DNA of 49,359 nt from Bdellovibrionota bacterium. GTDB taxonomy: Bacteria; Bdellovibrionota; UBA1018; UBA923. A program made the position numbers and the translations under genes. The stretch is taken from NCBI GenBank assembly GCA_040754655.1, contig JBFMCE010000012.1:1-49359 (forward strand), given 5' to 3'. Shown here one piece after another: positions 38,556 through 47,477 of this stretch; within the stretch, counting starts at the first letter, position 1; each line of letters opens with the position of its first letter. Below the pieces are notes generated by a model, which saw only the letters and a program-made list of their open reading frames with translations, had not been told where the DNA came from and did not search any database.

Positions 38556-39440
38556 ATGAAACACTCTTTTAAACTCCCGGGTCCGGTTGCTCTCTCGGTT
38601 CTTGTTCTTCTCGTCGCAATCGTGTCGATACAATCGGGCGCGTCACTAGCAAAGCTCTTGTTTCCAGTGCTTGGCGCACCCACGACTGCCGTGCTACGGC
38701 TTTGCCTTGCATCGGTAATGCTTCTCGCCGTGTTTCGGCCATGGAGGAAAAGACTCACGCGAAAAGAAAAACAATCGCTCTTGGTGTACGGCGCATCGCT
38801 GGGCGCGATGAACTTCACATTCTATTTGGCGATTGAGCGCATTCCGTTGGGAATTGCCGTCGCGATAGAGTTCACTGGACCGTTGGGCTTGGCAGTTTTC
38901 GCTTCCCGAAAAAAGATAGATTACCTGTGGGCGGTCTTTGCGTTACTAGGCATCATCCTCATTCTGCCTCACTCAAAACTCTCAGACCCGCTCGATCCTA
39001 TCGGAGTTCTATACGCCCTCATTGCCGGCGTATTTTGGGCTCTTTACATGGTGTGCGGAAGAAGAGTCGGCTCATCAGTGCCCGGAGGATTCGCCACCGC
39101 CTGGGGCGTGACCATTGCGGCGCTACTCACTCTTCCCGTAGGGCTAGTAAGCGCTGGCGCAACCCCTTTGGCTCTGTCAGTCTTGCCAACGGCACTGTTA
39201 ATGGCCCTGCTTTCCAGCGCCATTCCCTACTCGCTTGAGATGGAGGCTCTCAAACGGCTGCCCACTCAAACTTTTAGCGTCCTAATGAGCTTGGAGCCCG
39301 CTGCAGGAGCGATCATCGGAAAAATCCTTTTGAATGAAGACATCTCTTTCGTTCAAGCGATCGCCATCGGTTGCATCATGGTCGCCTCTATCGGCAGTGC
39401 GATCACTGCAAGCCGAGGCGCGGCGGCTCAAAGCGCGTAA
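38556..39440 (+). CDS. rhtA: EamA/RhtA-family amino-acid efflux transporter
   Basis: SIQSGASLAK.LFP, FYLAIERIPLGIAVAIEFTGPL, IPYSLEMEALKRLP, LMSLEPA. Confidence 0.85.
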   Translation: MKHSFKLPGPVALSVLVLLVAIVSIQSGASLAKLLFPVLGAPTTAVLRLCLASVMLLAVFRPWRKRLTRKEKQSLLVYGASLGAMNFTFYLAIERIPLGIAVAIEFTGPLGLAVFASRKKIDYLWAVFALLGIILILPHSKLSDPLDPIGVLYALIAGVFWALYMVCGRRVGSSVPGGFATAWGVTIAALLTLPVGLVSAGATPLALSVLPTALLMALLSSAIPYSLEMEALKRLPTQTFSVLMSLEPAAGAIIGKILLNEDISFVQAIAIGCIMVASIGSAITASRGAAAQSA

Positions 39441-39445
39441 AAAAA

Positions 39446-40684
39446 TCAGATCAGCATGCCCTCGGTGAGGGTGTTTCCAGACTCAAATCGAGAACCACTC
39501 ATGGCGCTGAGATCTAGCGTTCGGTATTTTCCTTTAACGATCAATTCCGCCAGGCCAAGGCCTGCTCCATACGATTGCATCGCTCCCCTGCCCGAAAACG
39601 AATGCGCTTCAAAGACATTCTCGAAACCAGCAACTCGTCCCACAATGCCATTGCGATCAGGACTCACTTCGTAAAGTCCAGCCCAACCGGTGACGTGTTT
39701 CAAAGCCTCAAACTTTGTTGAGCGGTTGAAAAGCGGCGCCCAGATGTACTGTTCAAAAAAAGATTCTCCTTCGTAATCAAAGTTATAACCTTCAGGTTCT
39801 TCGGGGACCGCGTAACCCGCTAGAATGTAATTCGCCTCTGGATGAAAATAGACACCTGAAGCATCGACAAACATTCCATAGGACGTGAGATCCACCTCTT
39901 TGCATTCAAATACGCTCACCTGTCTTCTTACCGCTTGGCTCACCGATCGCATTCCCATCGACTGGGCGAAACGTTTTGCCCAAGCCCCAGAGCAGTTCAC
40001 GATCTTCTGGGCTCGTAGCTTAACCGCCTTGGCGCCGCGAGGACATTCGCCAGCGCTCTGTTCGATTGTAAGGATGCGTTTGATCTCATCTGGGTTCATT
40101 GCTTCAGGCCAGACCCAGGCGCAAAGCTCAATGGTTTGGTCAGTTGACACTTCCGCTCGATGAATCCAAACCCGGTTGTGAAAGCGGGCGTGGTTTTCGC
40201 GGGCGCGGTTTCGAAAATGGTTTTTCAAGAGGTTGGCGTTTAAAAGGCCATCTTTCGGCGAAAAGGTGGCTCCGCCAAGGTCATCCGTCTTGTCGAGAAA
40301 TGAGAATCTTTGGGTCACTTCCGCAGGCGATAAATACTCGATGCGAAGCGAGTCCAGGTCTTTATTCTCCTTGAGCAGTGCATGGGCGTTTGGCCACGCC
40401 TCTTTTGAGTACATCCAGAAGTACCCTTTTTGACGAAAGCCGATTTCTGCCGCGATCTTTTCGTAATAATCGATTGAAACTCTTGAGAGCTGAGCATTGA
40501 TCGGGCTGGCCCAAGTAGCCCTCACTCCGCCCGCGTTCAATTCGGATGAGCTGAAAATTCCTTCAAGGTCAAGATCAACGATGTCAACGGAGCGTGCTCC
40601 CATCGAAGCCAGATGCATGGCCGTGCTTGAACCCAGCAAGCCAGCCCCTACGACGAGAACTTCTGTATCGATGTTGTGAGTCAT
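39446..40684 (-). CDS. FAD-dependent oxidoreductase (DAO/sarcosine oxidase-like)
   Basis: VVGAGLLG, SSELNAGGVR, VNCSGAWA, WAGLYEVSPD, FSGRG. Confidence 0.88.
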   Translation of the reverse strand: MTHNIDTEVLVVGAGLLGSSTAMHLASMGARSVDIVDLDLEGIFSSSELNAGGVRATWASPINAQLSRVSIDYYEKIAAEIGFRQKGYFWMYSKEAWPNAHALLKENKDLDSLRIEYLSPAEVTQRFSFLDKTDDLGGATFSPKDGLLNANLLKNHFRNRARENHARFHNRVWIHRAEVSTDQTIELCAWVWPEAMNPDEIKRILTIEQSAGECPRGAKAVKLRAQKIVNCSGAWAKRFAQSMGMRSVSQAVRRQVSVFECKEVDLTSYGMFVDASGVYFHPEANYILAGYAVPEEPEGYNFDYEGESFFEQYIWAPLFNRSTKFEALKHVTGWAGLYEVSPDRNGIVGRVAGFENVFEAHSFSGRGAMQSYGAGLGLAELIVKGKYRTLDLSAMSGSRFESGNTLTEGMLI

Positions 40685-40727
40685 GCATCGATAGTCTTAC
40701 CAGCGGAGCTTTTGGTTTCGCAAGTGC

Positions 40728-41462
40728 CTAAAGGCCTAGCTGAAAACCGGCAATCGTCTGCACTGCGCGGTTCTTCAAGCTTGCACCTTGCAAATCACGA
40801 AACACGTCTGAAAGCCCATGAGAATAACGTGCATTCACAAAGATCGCCTTTGTGGAATCAAGCGCATACTCAAGCCCTGCGCCGCCACTCACGCCAAAGG
40901 CGAAGCGATTGAAATAGTCTTCATACTTGCGATTTGAGGCTACAGACGGATTACGATCTCGATCTGACGCCTGGATGTGAGCTTCATTCACAAGATAACC
41001 TGCGTACGCTCCGCCTAAAACGAACGGACGAAATGAGCCCGCGTTGTACTTCCACTTTGCATAGAGAGGAAGCTCAAGATAGTCGAGGTTCTGTGGAGAA
41101 TTGCCCGACCATGCTCTGACACCGCTGGGGAATTGGACGTTGTACGAAAGTCTTGAACTATAACGAACAAAGTTAAGCTCCGGTCGAAAATAAAATTCGC
41201 CAACCAAGTGTTGATCCAAGCCCACTCCTAGCATGAGATCATTTTGATTTTTTACCGTCGGTCGAACGACCTCATCCGAATATTTGCTGGTGTTAAAACT
41301 TCCACCCACATGCAGATCAATCGCAGTCTTGGGGCTCATCGGCTCAGGCATGGCACTCACCGTTGCTTCGGCTTCAGTTCTTCCGCTCGTTTGGGAATAG
41401 GCGATCGAATGAAAGCTCAATACGGCCATTACTGTACAAAACACCGTCGTTGATCGGACCAT
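40728..41462 (-). CDS. Outer-membrane beta-barrel, porin/PorT-like
   Basis: Signal peptide, LDYLELPLYAK, GGAYAGYL, ARYSHGLSD motifs. Confidence 0.8.
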   Translation of the reverse strand: MVRSTTVFCTVMAVLSFHSIAYSQTSGRTEAEATVSAMPEPMSPKTAIDLHVGGSFNTSKYSDEVVRPTVKNQNDLMLGVGLDQHLVGEFYFRPELNFVRYSSRLSYNVQFPSGVRAWSGNSPQNLDYLELPLYAKWKYNAGSFRPFVLGGAYAGYLVNEAHIQASDRDRNPSVASNRKYEDYFNRFAFGVSGGAGLEYALDSTKAIFVNARYSHGLSDVFRDLQGASLKNRAVQTIAGFQLGL

Positions 41463-41491
41463 GGGTCACCTCACAAAAAAATGATGCGCCG

Positions 41492-41520
41492 AGTATATAA
41501 CACGCTAATCCCGATGTCTA
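41492..41520 (-). promoter_or_regulatory. Sigma70-like promoter for the beta-barrel gene
   Basis: Minus strand TAGACA-N17-TATACT. Confidence 0.5.
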
Positions 41521-41587
41521 TTGTCAATTACTCTCTCGCTGAGACCTCAATTGACAAGAGCTGGGCCTCCTACTAGTGCAGGTAGGA

Positions 41588-43021
41588 ATGGAAAGGGGCA
41601 AGGGAAAATCTTTAATAAACCGTCTCTTACAGACCTTAGCAAGGATAGGTCTTTTGAGTCTCACGCTTACTTCCTTGGCCTCTGCCGTAGGCCTGGTCAA
41701 ACCCCCGGACCCTTTTCCGGGACCTAATATTCCACTCGAAACCCAGGGAAGTGGTCACTACCAAGGCACTGTTTATCTCGGCGATGAATCATTCGGGGAT
41801 CTCAGTGTCTTAGATCTGAGTCGCAAGCAAATCCTCACCACGATCCGAAACACCAGAAGCTCGCAAGACGTCGTGCTTGCAGCAGCGTTTGACTATGCGC
41901 CATCATGCCATCTCGCGTTCGTCGCAATGAGCGTCTATCCCGTTTCACAAGGAGACACTGCTCTTGCCTCATACATCCACGTCGTCGATACCCATCGGCA
42001 TGCTGTCGTAAGACGCATCACTCTTCCCATCGGTGATCACGTCATCAGTGAAATCAGCGCAAGCCCTGACTGTAACCGGCTAGCGATCTTGCATCGAAGC
42101 ATCGCTGGAGGCGTCGGATCCACTCATAATATCTCGCAGATCACCTCTCAAGGGATCGAACATTTTCCTGTGTCTTGGCCCTACGACTCCACGCGAAGCC
42201 ATATTCCCCGCAACCTGCGCTATGACTCGGCCTCAGAGAGAATACTTGTCTTGCTCGAAAAACGAAATCCGGGTGCTGGAGTCTTGGCGCTCTTAGAAAT
42301 GTTCGATTCTGAAACTGGGATACTCGAAACGGAAGCACCTCTTCACCAAATCCCCTTGCAGTTTGAACCCGCGCCGTCGAGCCCTGAAATTTGGATTTTT
42401 GCTTCGGTGGGATCGCAACATGTTTTGTCACGATTCGATCTCAGGCAGAAACGTTTTGTGCAATCCATCCCGTTTACCCGGTATGGTTACGCCGGCGCTT
42501 TCGAGCTGAGCCGCGATGGAACGCAAGCTTTTGGCTACGGTTCAAGCCCACTGGTGCAACATCTTGATCTTGTGCGAGGACTTCAGGTGGGATCGTACTC
42601 AGTCCAACCGCCATCCCGCTACTCGTCTCAAGTCAGGCCCAATCAGGCTTTTGACTTCGGCGTTCACGCACTGGCATTGCCTCCTGCGAGTCCGTCTTTC
42701 CTCTTCTATTCCGGATTGTTTTATGACGGCCTCGACCCAAGCTCTGCGAATCGTTATCGGTATTCCGCTCTCATGGACGCCGCACCCTCGCCCCGGATAG
42801 ATCTTTTCACTTATCGGTTTGCCGCAAAAAATTGGGCGAAGTTCGTCGAAAGCCCGAATGAGCCCTTTGAAAACAATTGCCTTAACCCAGAGGTATTAGG
42901 AGGAGCTCATGGAGAGATTCGCAGGCTAGCGTGCCAAGGAGTGATCCGCCTAGAGGAACGGCCCAACTACATCGACCGTCAAAAGAACATGCTCAAGAGG
43001 ATTCGCCCTCGGAACTTTTAG
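41588..43021 (+). CDS. Exported beta-propeller (YncE/YVTN-like) protein
   Basis: Signal-like N-terminus; repeated blades (LSVLDLS, IHVVDT, ISASPD, FELSRDG, QHLDLV). Confidence 0.6.
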   Translation: MERGKGKSLINRLLQTLARIGLLSLTLTSLASAVGLVKPPDPFPGPNIPLETQGSGHYQGTVYLGDESFGDLSVLDLSRKQILTTIRNTRSSQDVVLAAAFDYAPSCHLAFVAMSVYPVSQGDTALASYIHVVDTHRHAVVRRITLPIGDHVISEISASPDCNRLAILHRSIAGGVGSTHNISQITSQGIEHFPVSWPYDSTRSHIPRNLRYDSASERILVLLEKRNPGAGVLALLEMFDSETGILETEAPLHQIPLQFEPAPSSPEIWIFASVGSQHVLSRFDLRQKRFVQSIPFTRYGYAGAFELSRDGTQAFGYGSSPLVQHLDLVRGLQVGSYSVQPPSRYSSQVRPNQAFDFGVHALALPPASPSFLFYSGLFYDGLDPSSANRYRYSALMDAAPSPRIDLFTYRFAAKNWAKFVESPNEPFENNCLNPEVLGGAHGEIRRLACQGVIRLEERPNYIDRQKNMLKRIRPRNF

Positions 43022-43039
43022 CGTCGATCGGCGCCGGGT

Positions 43040-43954
43040 TCAGCGAAGATTGGTATAGCTTTCATTGGCGACCTTAAAGGCTCCGCCAGCATCTTTTACG
43101 AAGTACAGGAACTTCGTGCCCACGCTCTTGAACCCCTTTCCACCGCCCCTGAGTTCAGATTGGTAGTTCTGAATAAAAGCCACGACGTCGTACTTAGGAT
43201 GAAAGAAGTACCTTATATTCTCGGCCTCTACTTGGATTTTTGAATACTTCTTATTGAGCGAGTCCTTGTACTCACGGTATTTTCTCAGGTTCATGCCGTT
43301 GTACACGAATTTATCGGAATACGAGCCAATGTACGCGTCGATGTCTTTCCCATTCCAAGCCGTCAACCACTTCTGAAACGCCTGCCGCAGCTCGGGCTTC
43401 GAGTCTGCCTTTAAGAACTCTGGTTTCAACTCGTCGTAGATGATGATCGGCGTGATGCCCAGGCGAATGTGCTGCGAGATCTCCTCGATTTGCTCGTCCG
43501 AGACCACGACACAGCCCTCTGAATCGAGATCCTTCGATAAACGCGCAGGTTCGTCAGTCGCATGCAACATGATGTCAAAACCCGTCTTTCCCGCGATCAA
43601 GTCAATGGGATTGGGATAATTCATCATGATTGCCATTTTCCCGAATTTTTTCTTGATCTGCGGAGGCCTTAATTTCGCAGTGAACAGGTAAATGCCCTCA
43701 GGAGTCTTCAAGTCCTTCTCAACCTCTTTATCGCCCCTGGTCTTACCGAGCGTGGTGTGAAAAGTTTTCACAACCTCGATTTGATCCGTCTTGTAATTGC
43801 CGACATGGATTTGGTTTGTTTTCTTATCAACAAGAATCACTGGTGAGACTTCTTGTGCAAACGCTGACACTGCAAACGACGCTACAAGAAGTGAAACGAT
43901 TCCAGTTTTCTTAAACACCCCAACTATTCGGTCTAGTCGCGACATAAGTATCAT
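43040..43954 (-). CDS. YkuD LD-transpeptidase/carboxypeptidase with C-terminal NTF2-like domain (Csd6/Pgp2/Bd1075-like)
   Basis: ILVDK, GDKEVEKDLKTPEGIY, NYPNPID, IMLH...SEGCV; C-terminal WLTAWNGKDIDAYIGSYS...FIQNY. Start trimmed relative to the ORF track. Confidence 0.88.
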   Translation of the reverse strand: MILMSRLDRIVGVFKKTGIVSLLVASFAVSAFAQEVSPVILVDKKTNQIHVGNYKTDQIEVVKTFHTTLGKTRGDKEVEKDLKTPEGIYLFTAKLRPPQIKKKFGKMAIMMNYPNPIDLIAGKTGFDIMLHATDEPARLSKDLDSEGCVVVSDEQIEEISQHIRLGITPIIIYDELKPEFLKADSKPELRQAFQKWLTAWNGKDIDAYIGSYSDKFVYNGMNLRKYREYKDSLNKKYSKIQVEAENIRYFFHPKYDVVAFIQNYQSELRGGGKGFKSVGTKFLYFVKDAGGAFKVANESYTNLR

Positions 43955-44027
43955 TGTAAAATTGTCAGGATAGGAGTCAAGGACGGAACACAAAATACTC
44001 TGAAGTTTTATAATTTTCCAAGCGGCT

Positions 44028-44786
44028 TTAGCCGCTTTTTGAGGATGACGAGGTTTTGAAGTCTGGCAGGAGCTTTCGAATGGAAAGGTCATTTACACGC
44101 ATCAAAAGCACCCGATACATGGCTTCAACGACGATTTTCTTGTTCATCTTCGATTGGCCTAAATACCTGTCTTCAAAAACAATGGGTACTTCCTTGAGCC
44201 TAAAACCCTTCTTATAGGCCTTGTATTTCATTTCGATCTGAAAGGCATACCCGTCAGACTTCAACGTATTCGGGCCGATGGCTTCAATGACCGAGCGTCT
44301 CCAGCAATTGAACCCTCCGGTAAGATCTCGAAAAGGAAGCCCCAATAAAAACTTTGCGTACAAACTTCCCCCCCGGCTCAACACGCGACGCCCTAAGCCC
44401 CAGTTCACCACTCCGCCGCCGGTGATGTAACGTGAACCAATAACGGCGTCACAGCGCTCGATCTCTTGCTGAAATACCGGAAGATATTTTGGATCATGAC
44501 TAAAGTCTGAATCCATTTCAAAAAAAACATCAAAGCCATTGTCCAAGCCATATCGAAAGCCCGCGACATAAGCGGTTCCCAAGCCTAGTTTTCGCGGACG
44601 ATGCAAAACATGGATGCGAGGATTCGACGAAGCCAGAACATCGGCTAGATCTCCCGTACCATCAGGAGAATTGTCGTCAACGATGAGAATATGAGTCTGG
44701 CTGTCTACCTGTTGAAAAACCTCAGTAGTCAACTTCTTGATATTTTCGATCTCGTTGTAGGTCGGGATGATGATCAATGTTTTCAT
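44028..44786 (-). CDS. Polyprenol monophosphomannose synthase-like GT2 glycosyltransferase
   Basis: IIPTYNE, VDDNSPDGTG, GLGTAY, MDSDFSHDP, GSRY, DLTGGF, GYAFQIE. Confidence 0.92.
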   Translation of the reverse strand: MKTLIIIPTYNEIENIKKLTTEVFQQVDSQTHILIVDDNSPDGTGDLADVLASSNPRIHVLHRPRKLGLGTAYVAGFRYGLDNGFDVFFEMDSDFSHDPKYLPVFQQEIERCDAVIGSRYITGGGVVNWGLGRRVLSRGGSLYAKFLLGLPFRDLTGGFNCWRRSVIEAIGPNTLKSDGYAFQIEMKYKAYKKGFRLKEVPIVFEDRYLGQSKMNKKIVVEAMYRVLLMRVNDLSIRKLLPDFKTSSSSKSG

Positions 44787-45229
44787 TAAAAGGGAATGTC
44801 CTCTTCAGTAAACGAAGGTTCTTCCATGCGGACTTGTGAAAAGTCATCAGAAGCTTTGTTTCCACCGCCTGCTTGCGCCGAAGGAGCGGCGCCACGCTCA
44901 CCAGCTGCTCCCAAAAATTGGATGGTGTTCGCAATCACTTCAGTCGTGTATTTGGTTTGGCCATCTTTGTCTTGCCATTGCCTGGTCTGCAAGCGACCTT
45001 CAACATACACTTGTCGTCCCTTTGCAAGATACTCACCGCAAAGTTGCGCGAGTTTTCCCCAAACAACGACACGATGCCACTCGGTTCGTTCTTGCTTCTG
45101 TCCACTTTTGTCATTCCAACTTTCATTCGTAGCAACGCTAAAATTGGCTACAGCCGCACCAGAAGGAGTGAAACGAACCTCGGGATTGCTTCCTAAACGA
45201 CCAATGATTAAAACTTTATTCACCGACAT
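44786..45229 (-). CDS. ssb: Single-stranded DNA-binding protein
   Basis: [30 protein letters not shown]-terminal EDIPF. Confidence 0.97.
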   Translation of the reverse strand: MSVNKVLIIGRLGSNPEVRFTPSGAAVANFSVATNESWNDKSGQKQERTEWHRVVVWGKLAQLCGEYLAKGRQVYVEGRLQTRQWQDKDGQTKYTTEVIANTIQFLGAAGERGAAPSAQAGGGNKASDDFSQVRMEEPSFTEEDIPF

Positions 45230-45293
45230 CGGTATTCCCCTTTTTTAGAGCCTTTATGTTTAGCCTTTGACGCTCCTTGGTGTCAAGGAAAGG

Positions 45294-46079
45294 CTACCAG
45301 CGCAAGGCCACGCCCACATATTTCGGACTGATCCGCACCTCGGCCGGAATCTCTAATGAACGATACTCTTCCTCGCTTCTAAAGAGGCGATAAATTCCCC
45401 GCCCAAGCTCTATCGCGCCTCCGAGCGCGAGTAATCCGTGCACCATGCGAAAAGGCAGCCTGCTCCCTTCGGAGGTGAGCCCCATGAGATCATAGACTTC
45501 AACGATATCTTCAGTAGGGTTGGTCGCAAAAACATCTCTGCTGAAGTCTACCCAGGCCGCGGCCGCCAACGCTACCAAGACCAGTTGGACATTCTTGTCG
45601 CTTGGATAGGCGTCTGTCTCGAGCAAAGCTGAATAGGCGCCTAAAATCAGGGCGTCGGTGATTTTAGGCATGATTGTAATCAAAGCGGTCTGAGCGCGAG
45701 AAAACTCTCCGCGATAGATCACGCTGCCAAAACGAACACTGCCATTGTATTTGTGAGGCAATATGTTGAATTCTTCTACCGTCCCTCCGTTGAGAATCAC
45801 CATGAGCGCATGAGAGCCTTCATGCCATGCGACGCCCAAAAAATACGCAGGGACGCTTAAAATCGCGCCTTTTGCCAAAATCTCGACAGGATTGGGAGTT
45901 TCATATCGCACTGGCTGTGTATGCTCGCTTTGCCAAGAACCTGAAGCCTTAGAGATCGATTTCAGCGCCTTGAACTCAAGCGAGTCCGGATCGGTGTTCA
46001 CAACGGATGGATCGCCAAAAGAATGAACGCAAAAGAAAAGGAAAAATAAACCGTAGAAGAATGTTCGCCGAAACAGCAC
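45294..46079 (-). CDS. Hypothetical membrane protein with HExxH motif (peptidase M50-like)
   Basis: WHEGSHA within a hydrophobic helix, further TM helices, signal peptide. Confidence 0.6.
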   Translation of the reverse strand: MLFRRTFFYGLFFLFFCVHSFGDPSVVNTDPDSLEFKALKSISKASGSWQSEHTQPVRYETPNPVEILAKGAILSVPAYFLGVAWHEGSHALMVILNGGTVEEFNILPHKYNGSVRFGSVIYRGEFSRAQTALITIMPKITDALILGAYSALLETDAYPSDKNVQLVLVALAAAAWVDFSRDVFATNPTEDIVEVYDLMGLTSEGSRLPFRMVHGLLALGGAIELGRGIYRLFRSEEEYRSLEIPAEVRISPKYVGVALRW

Positions 46080-46179
46080 GCCCGCCCCCGATCGGCCCTA
46101 TCGTTAAGCGAGAGAACGAGTACGTCAATAAGTTGTTTACGGTTTATTATTAGGGTGGATTTTCAATTCTTTTTATACT

Positions 46180-46497
46180 CTGGCGACGCCCAGAATAAGT
46201 TCTTTTTGTAACGTCTTCGAGTGCGGCCTACTTCTTTTGCCGGCCGCACCCCACCGGGATACGTCTAAGTTCTTTACAAGTGTAAATGCAGCCATACGCA
46301 CTTTACGCTCTTGAGAGGCGTAAAAGGTAAGAGGTCTTCTTCAAATGGAAGACCTAAACCTTTGATTCTTGTGAGATTGAGCCCAAAGAAACCGCCTGGC
46401 ATGAATGCTGCTAAAGCGAAGTCACGCCGAATGGATTCGGTCCAACAACTACTCTTCTCTCTCTCGGGGTGCCGGGTAACACCGGCACCCTTACATT
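46180..46497 (+). ncRNA. Candidate structured non-coding RNA of unknown class
   Basis: Series of hairpins, upstream TATACT (46174-46179), terminal GC hairpin 46467-46490; G-U pairs favour the plus strand; no credible ORF. Confidence 0.4.
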
Positions 46498-46621
46498 CAC
46501 TCTGTTGAAATTTCCGCATCTGCTTTGTTGCCTGCCTCGTTGCTCCCGCAACAACCTTCTTTGGTTGCCTTGGTCGCAGCCTCGTCAGGCGCCTCGCATC
46601 TGCGAAAAATTGAACAGAGCG
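46498..46621. repeat. Palindromic MITE/REP-like element
   Basis: Terminal inverted repeats CACTCTGTTGAAATTTCCGCA / TGCGAAAAATTGAACAGAGCG, internal GCATCTGC twice, nested stems; one copy in this window. Confidence 0.5.
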
Positions 46622-46654
46622 GATAAAACAACTTACACGGACTAAGATGCCCTC

Positions 46655-47356
46655 TTACTTCGTCAAAAACTCCATCACTAAATACAACACGACAGTAAGT
46701 CCAAACCCACAATGAATGACGCCCTTTACCGTCGTCATTGGACCTGTCTTCCCTTTGAGCGCATTGAATTCAAGTGCGCCAATAAGAATTGCAAGAACAG
46801 CAACGAGAGCGCCTAAGCTTGCGTCTGGATTCACATACAAAGGCAGGTGAGTTGACGAAGCCATGAAGAAAATCATCGGAATTGAAAACAACACGTTTGT
46901 GCGCGAAGCCACCGTAGCGCGTGCGCCCCGACCTGCCGCTTCTGGATTTGCTGGCTTTCCACTAGCCACATCCAACGCAGACTGAATGACCACTTTTTGC
47001 GCCGGCCAAATCACAAACCACACGTTGTACCACATCAATATACCGAGCACGCCGCCTGTAAGGATCAAAATGCCTCGAGCCGTGACGAACGTGCTTGGAT
47101 TTTGGTGCCCCATCCCCATGAGGATGATCAAACCCGTGATAAGTGTAAACATCGCGCCCCAGCGAAACCACCACAGCGCCCGCGGAACCAGTTTTTGAAT
47201 GGCATTCGACTTCGTCGCGGCGTCGGTTTCAGCAAAGAACGCGCCCTGTACGAAATTAAAATAATACAAATGCCCAATCCAAACGATTCCAAAAAAAATG
47301 TGCAACCAACGTAAAAGAAAAAGAATCCCGTCGGTGCTAAATAGAGCCAAATTCAT
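46655..47356 (-). CDS. Urate hydroxylase PuuD-like membrane protein (N-terminal domain only)
   Basis: RWLHIFFGIVWIGHLYYFNFVQ, ALWWFRWGAM, MWYNVWFVIWPAQK, SRTNVLFSIPMIFFM. Confidence 0.85.
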   Translation of the reverse strand: MNLALFSTDGILFLLRWLHIFFGIVWIGHLYYFNFVQGAFFAETDAATKSNAIQKLVPRALWWFRWGAMFTLITGLIILMGMGHQNPSTFVTARGILILTGGVLGILMWYNVWFVIWPAQKVVIQSALDVASGKPANPEAAGRGARATVASRTNVLFSIPMIFFMASSTHLPLYVNPDASLGALVAVLAILIGALEFNALKGKTGPMTTVKGVIHCGFGLTVVLYLVMEFLTK

Positions 47357-47477
47357 GCGTCTCTCCCATATAAGCTAGATGACCCTTCAATAGAGCCTAT
47401 TGCCAATTTGATTTTGGTCTAACCTACATCGGGCGCACAGCAAAGCAAGAGAGAGTTTTTTGCGTTTGAAAGCAAAC

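Noticed and set aside
41521..41557. Inverted repeat TTGTCAATT...AATTGACAA between divergent genes
   Set aside because: Explained adequately by back-to-back TTGACA boxes; no further support for an operator or element end.
46121..46290. Possible CRISPR mini-array from ~68-nt periodic TAAGTT boxes
   Set aside because: Only about 10 nt is shared, units are not identical, and there are no cas genes in the window.
46395..46430. Minus-strand frame reads DFALAA, like a tmRNA tag end
   Set aside because: It is followed by Phe rather than a stop, and no tRNA-like 5' GGGG or 3' TTCGA..CCACCA ends frame it.
46274..46712. Short ORFs 46274-46519, 46311-46508 and 46497-46712
   Set aside because: No clear RBS or protein-like composition; they overlap hairpins and the palindromic element.
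46655..47356. Purine degradation cluster
   Set aside because: The PuuD-like gene stands alone, lacks a CxxCH cytochrome c domain, and no other urate or allantoin genes are nearby.
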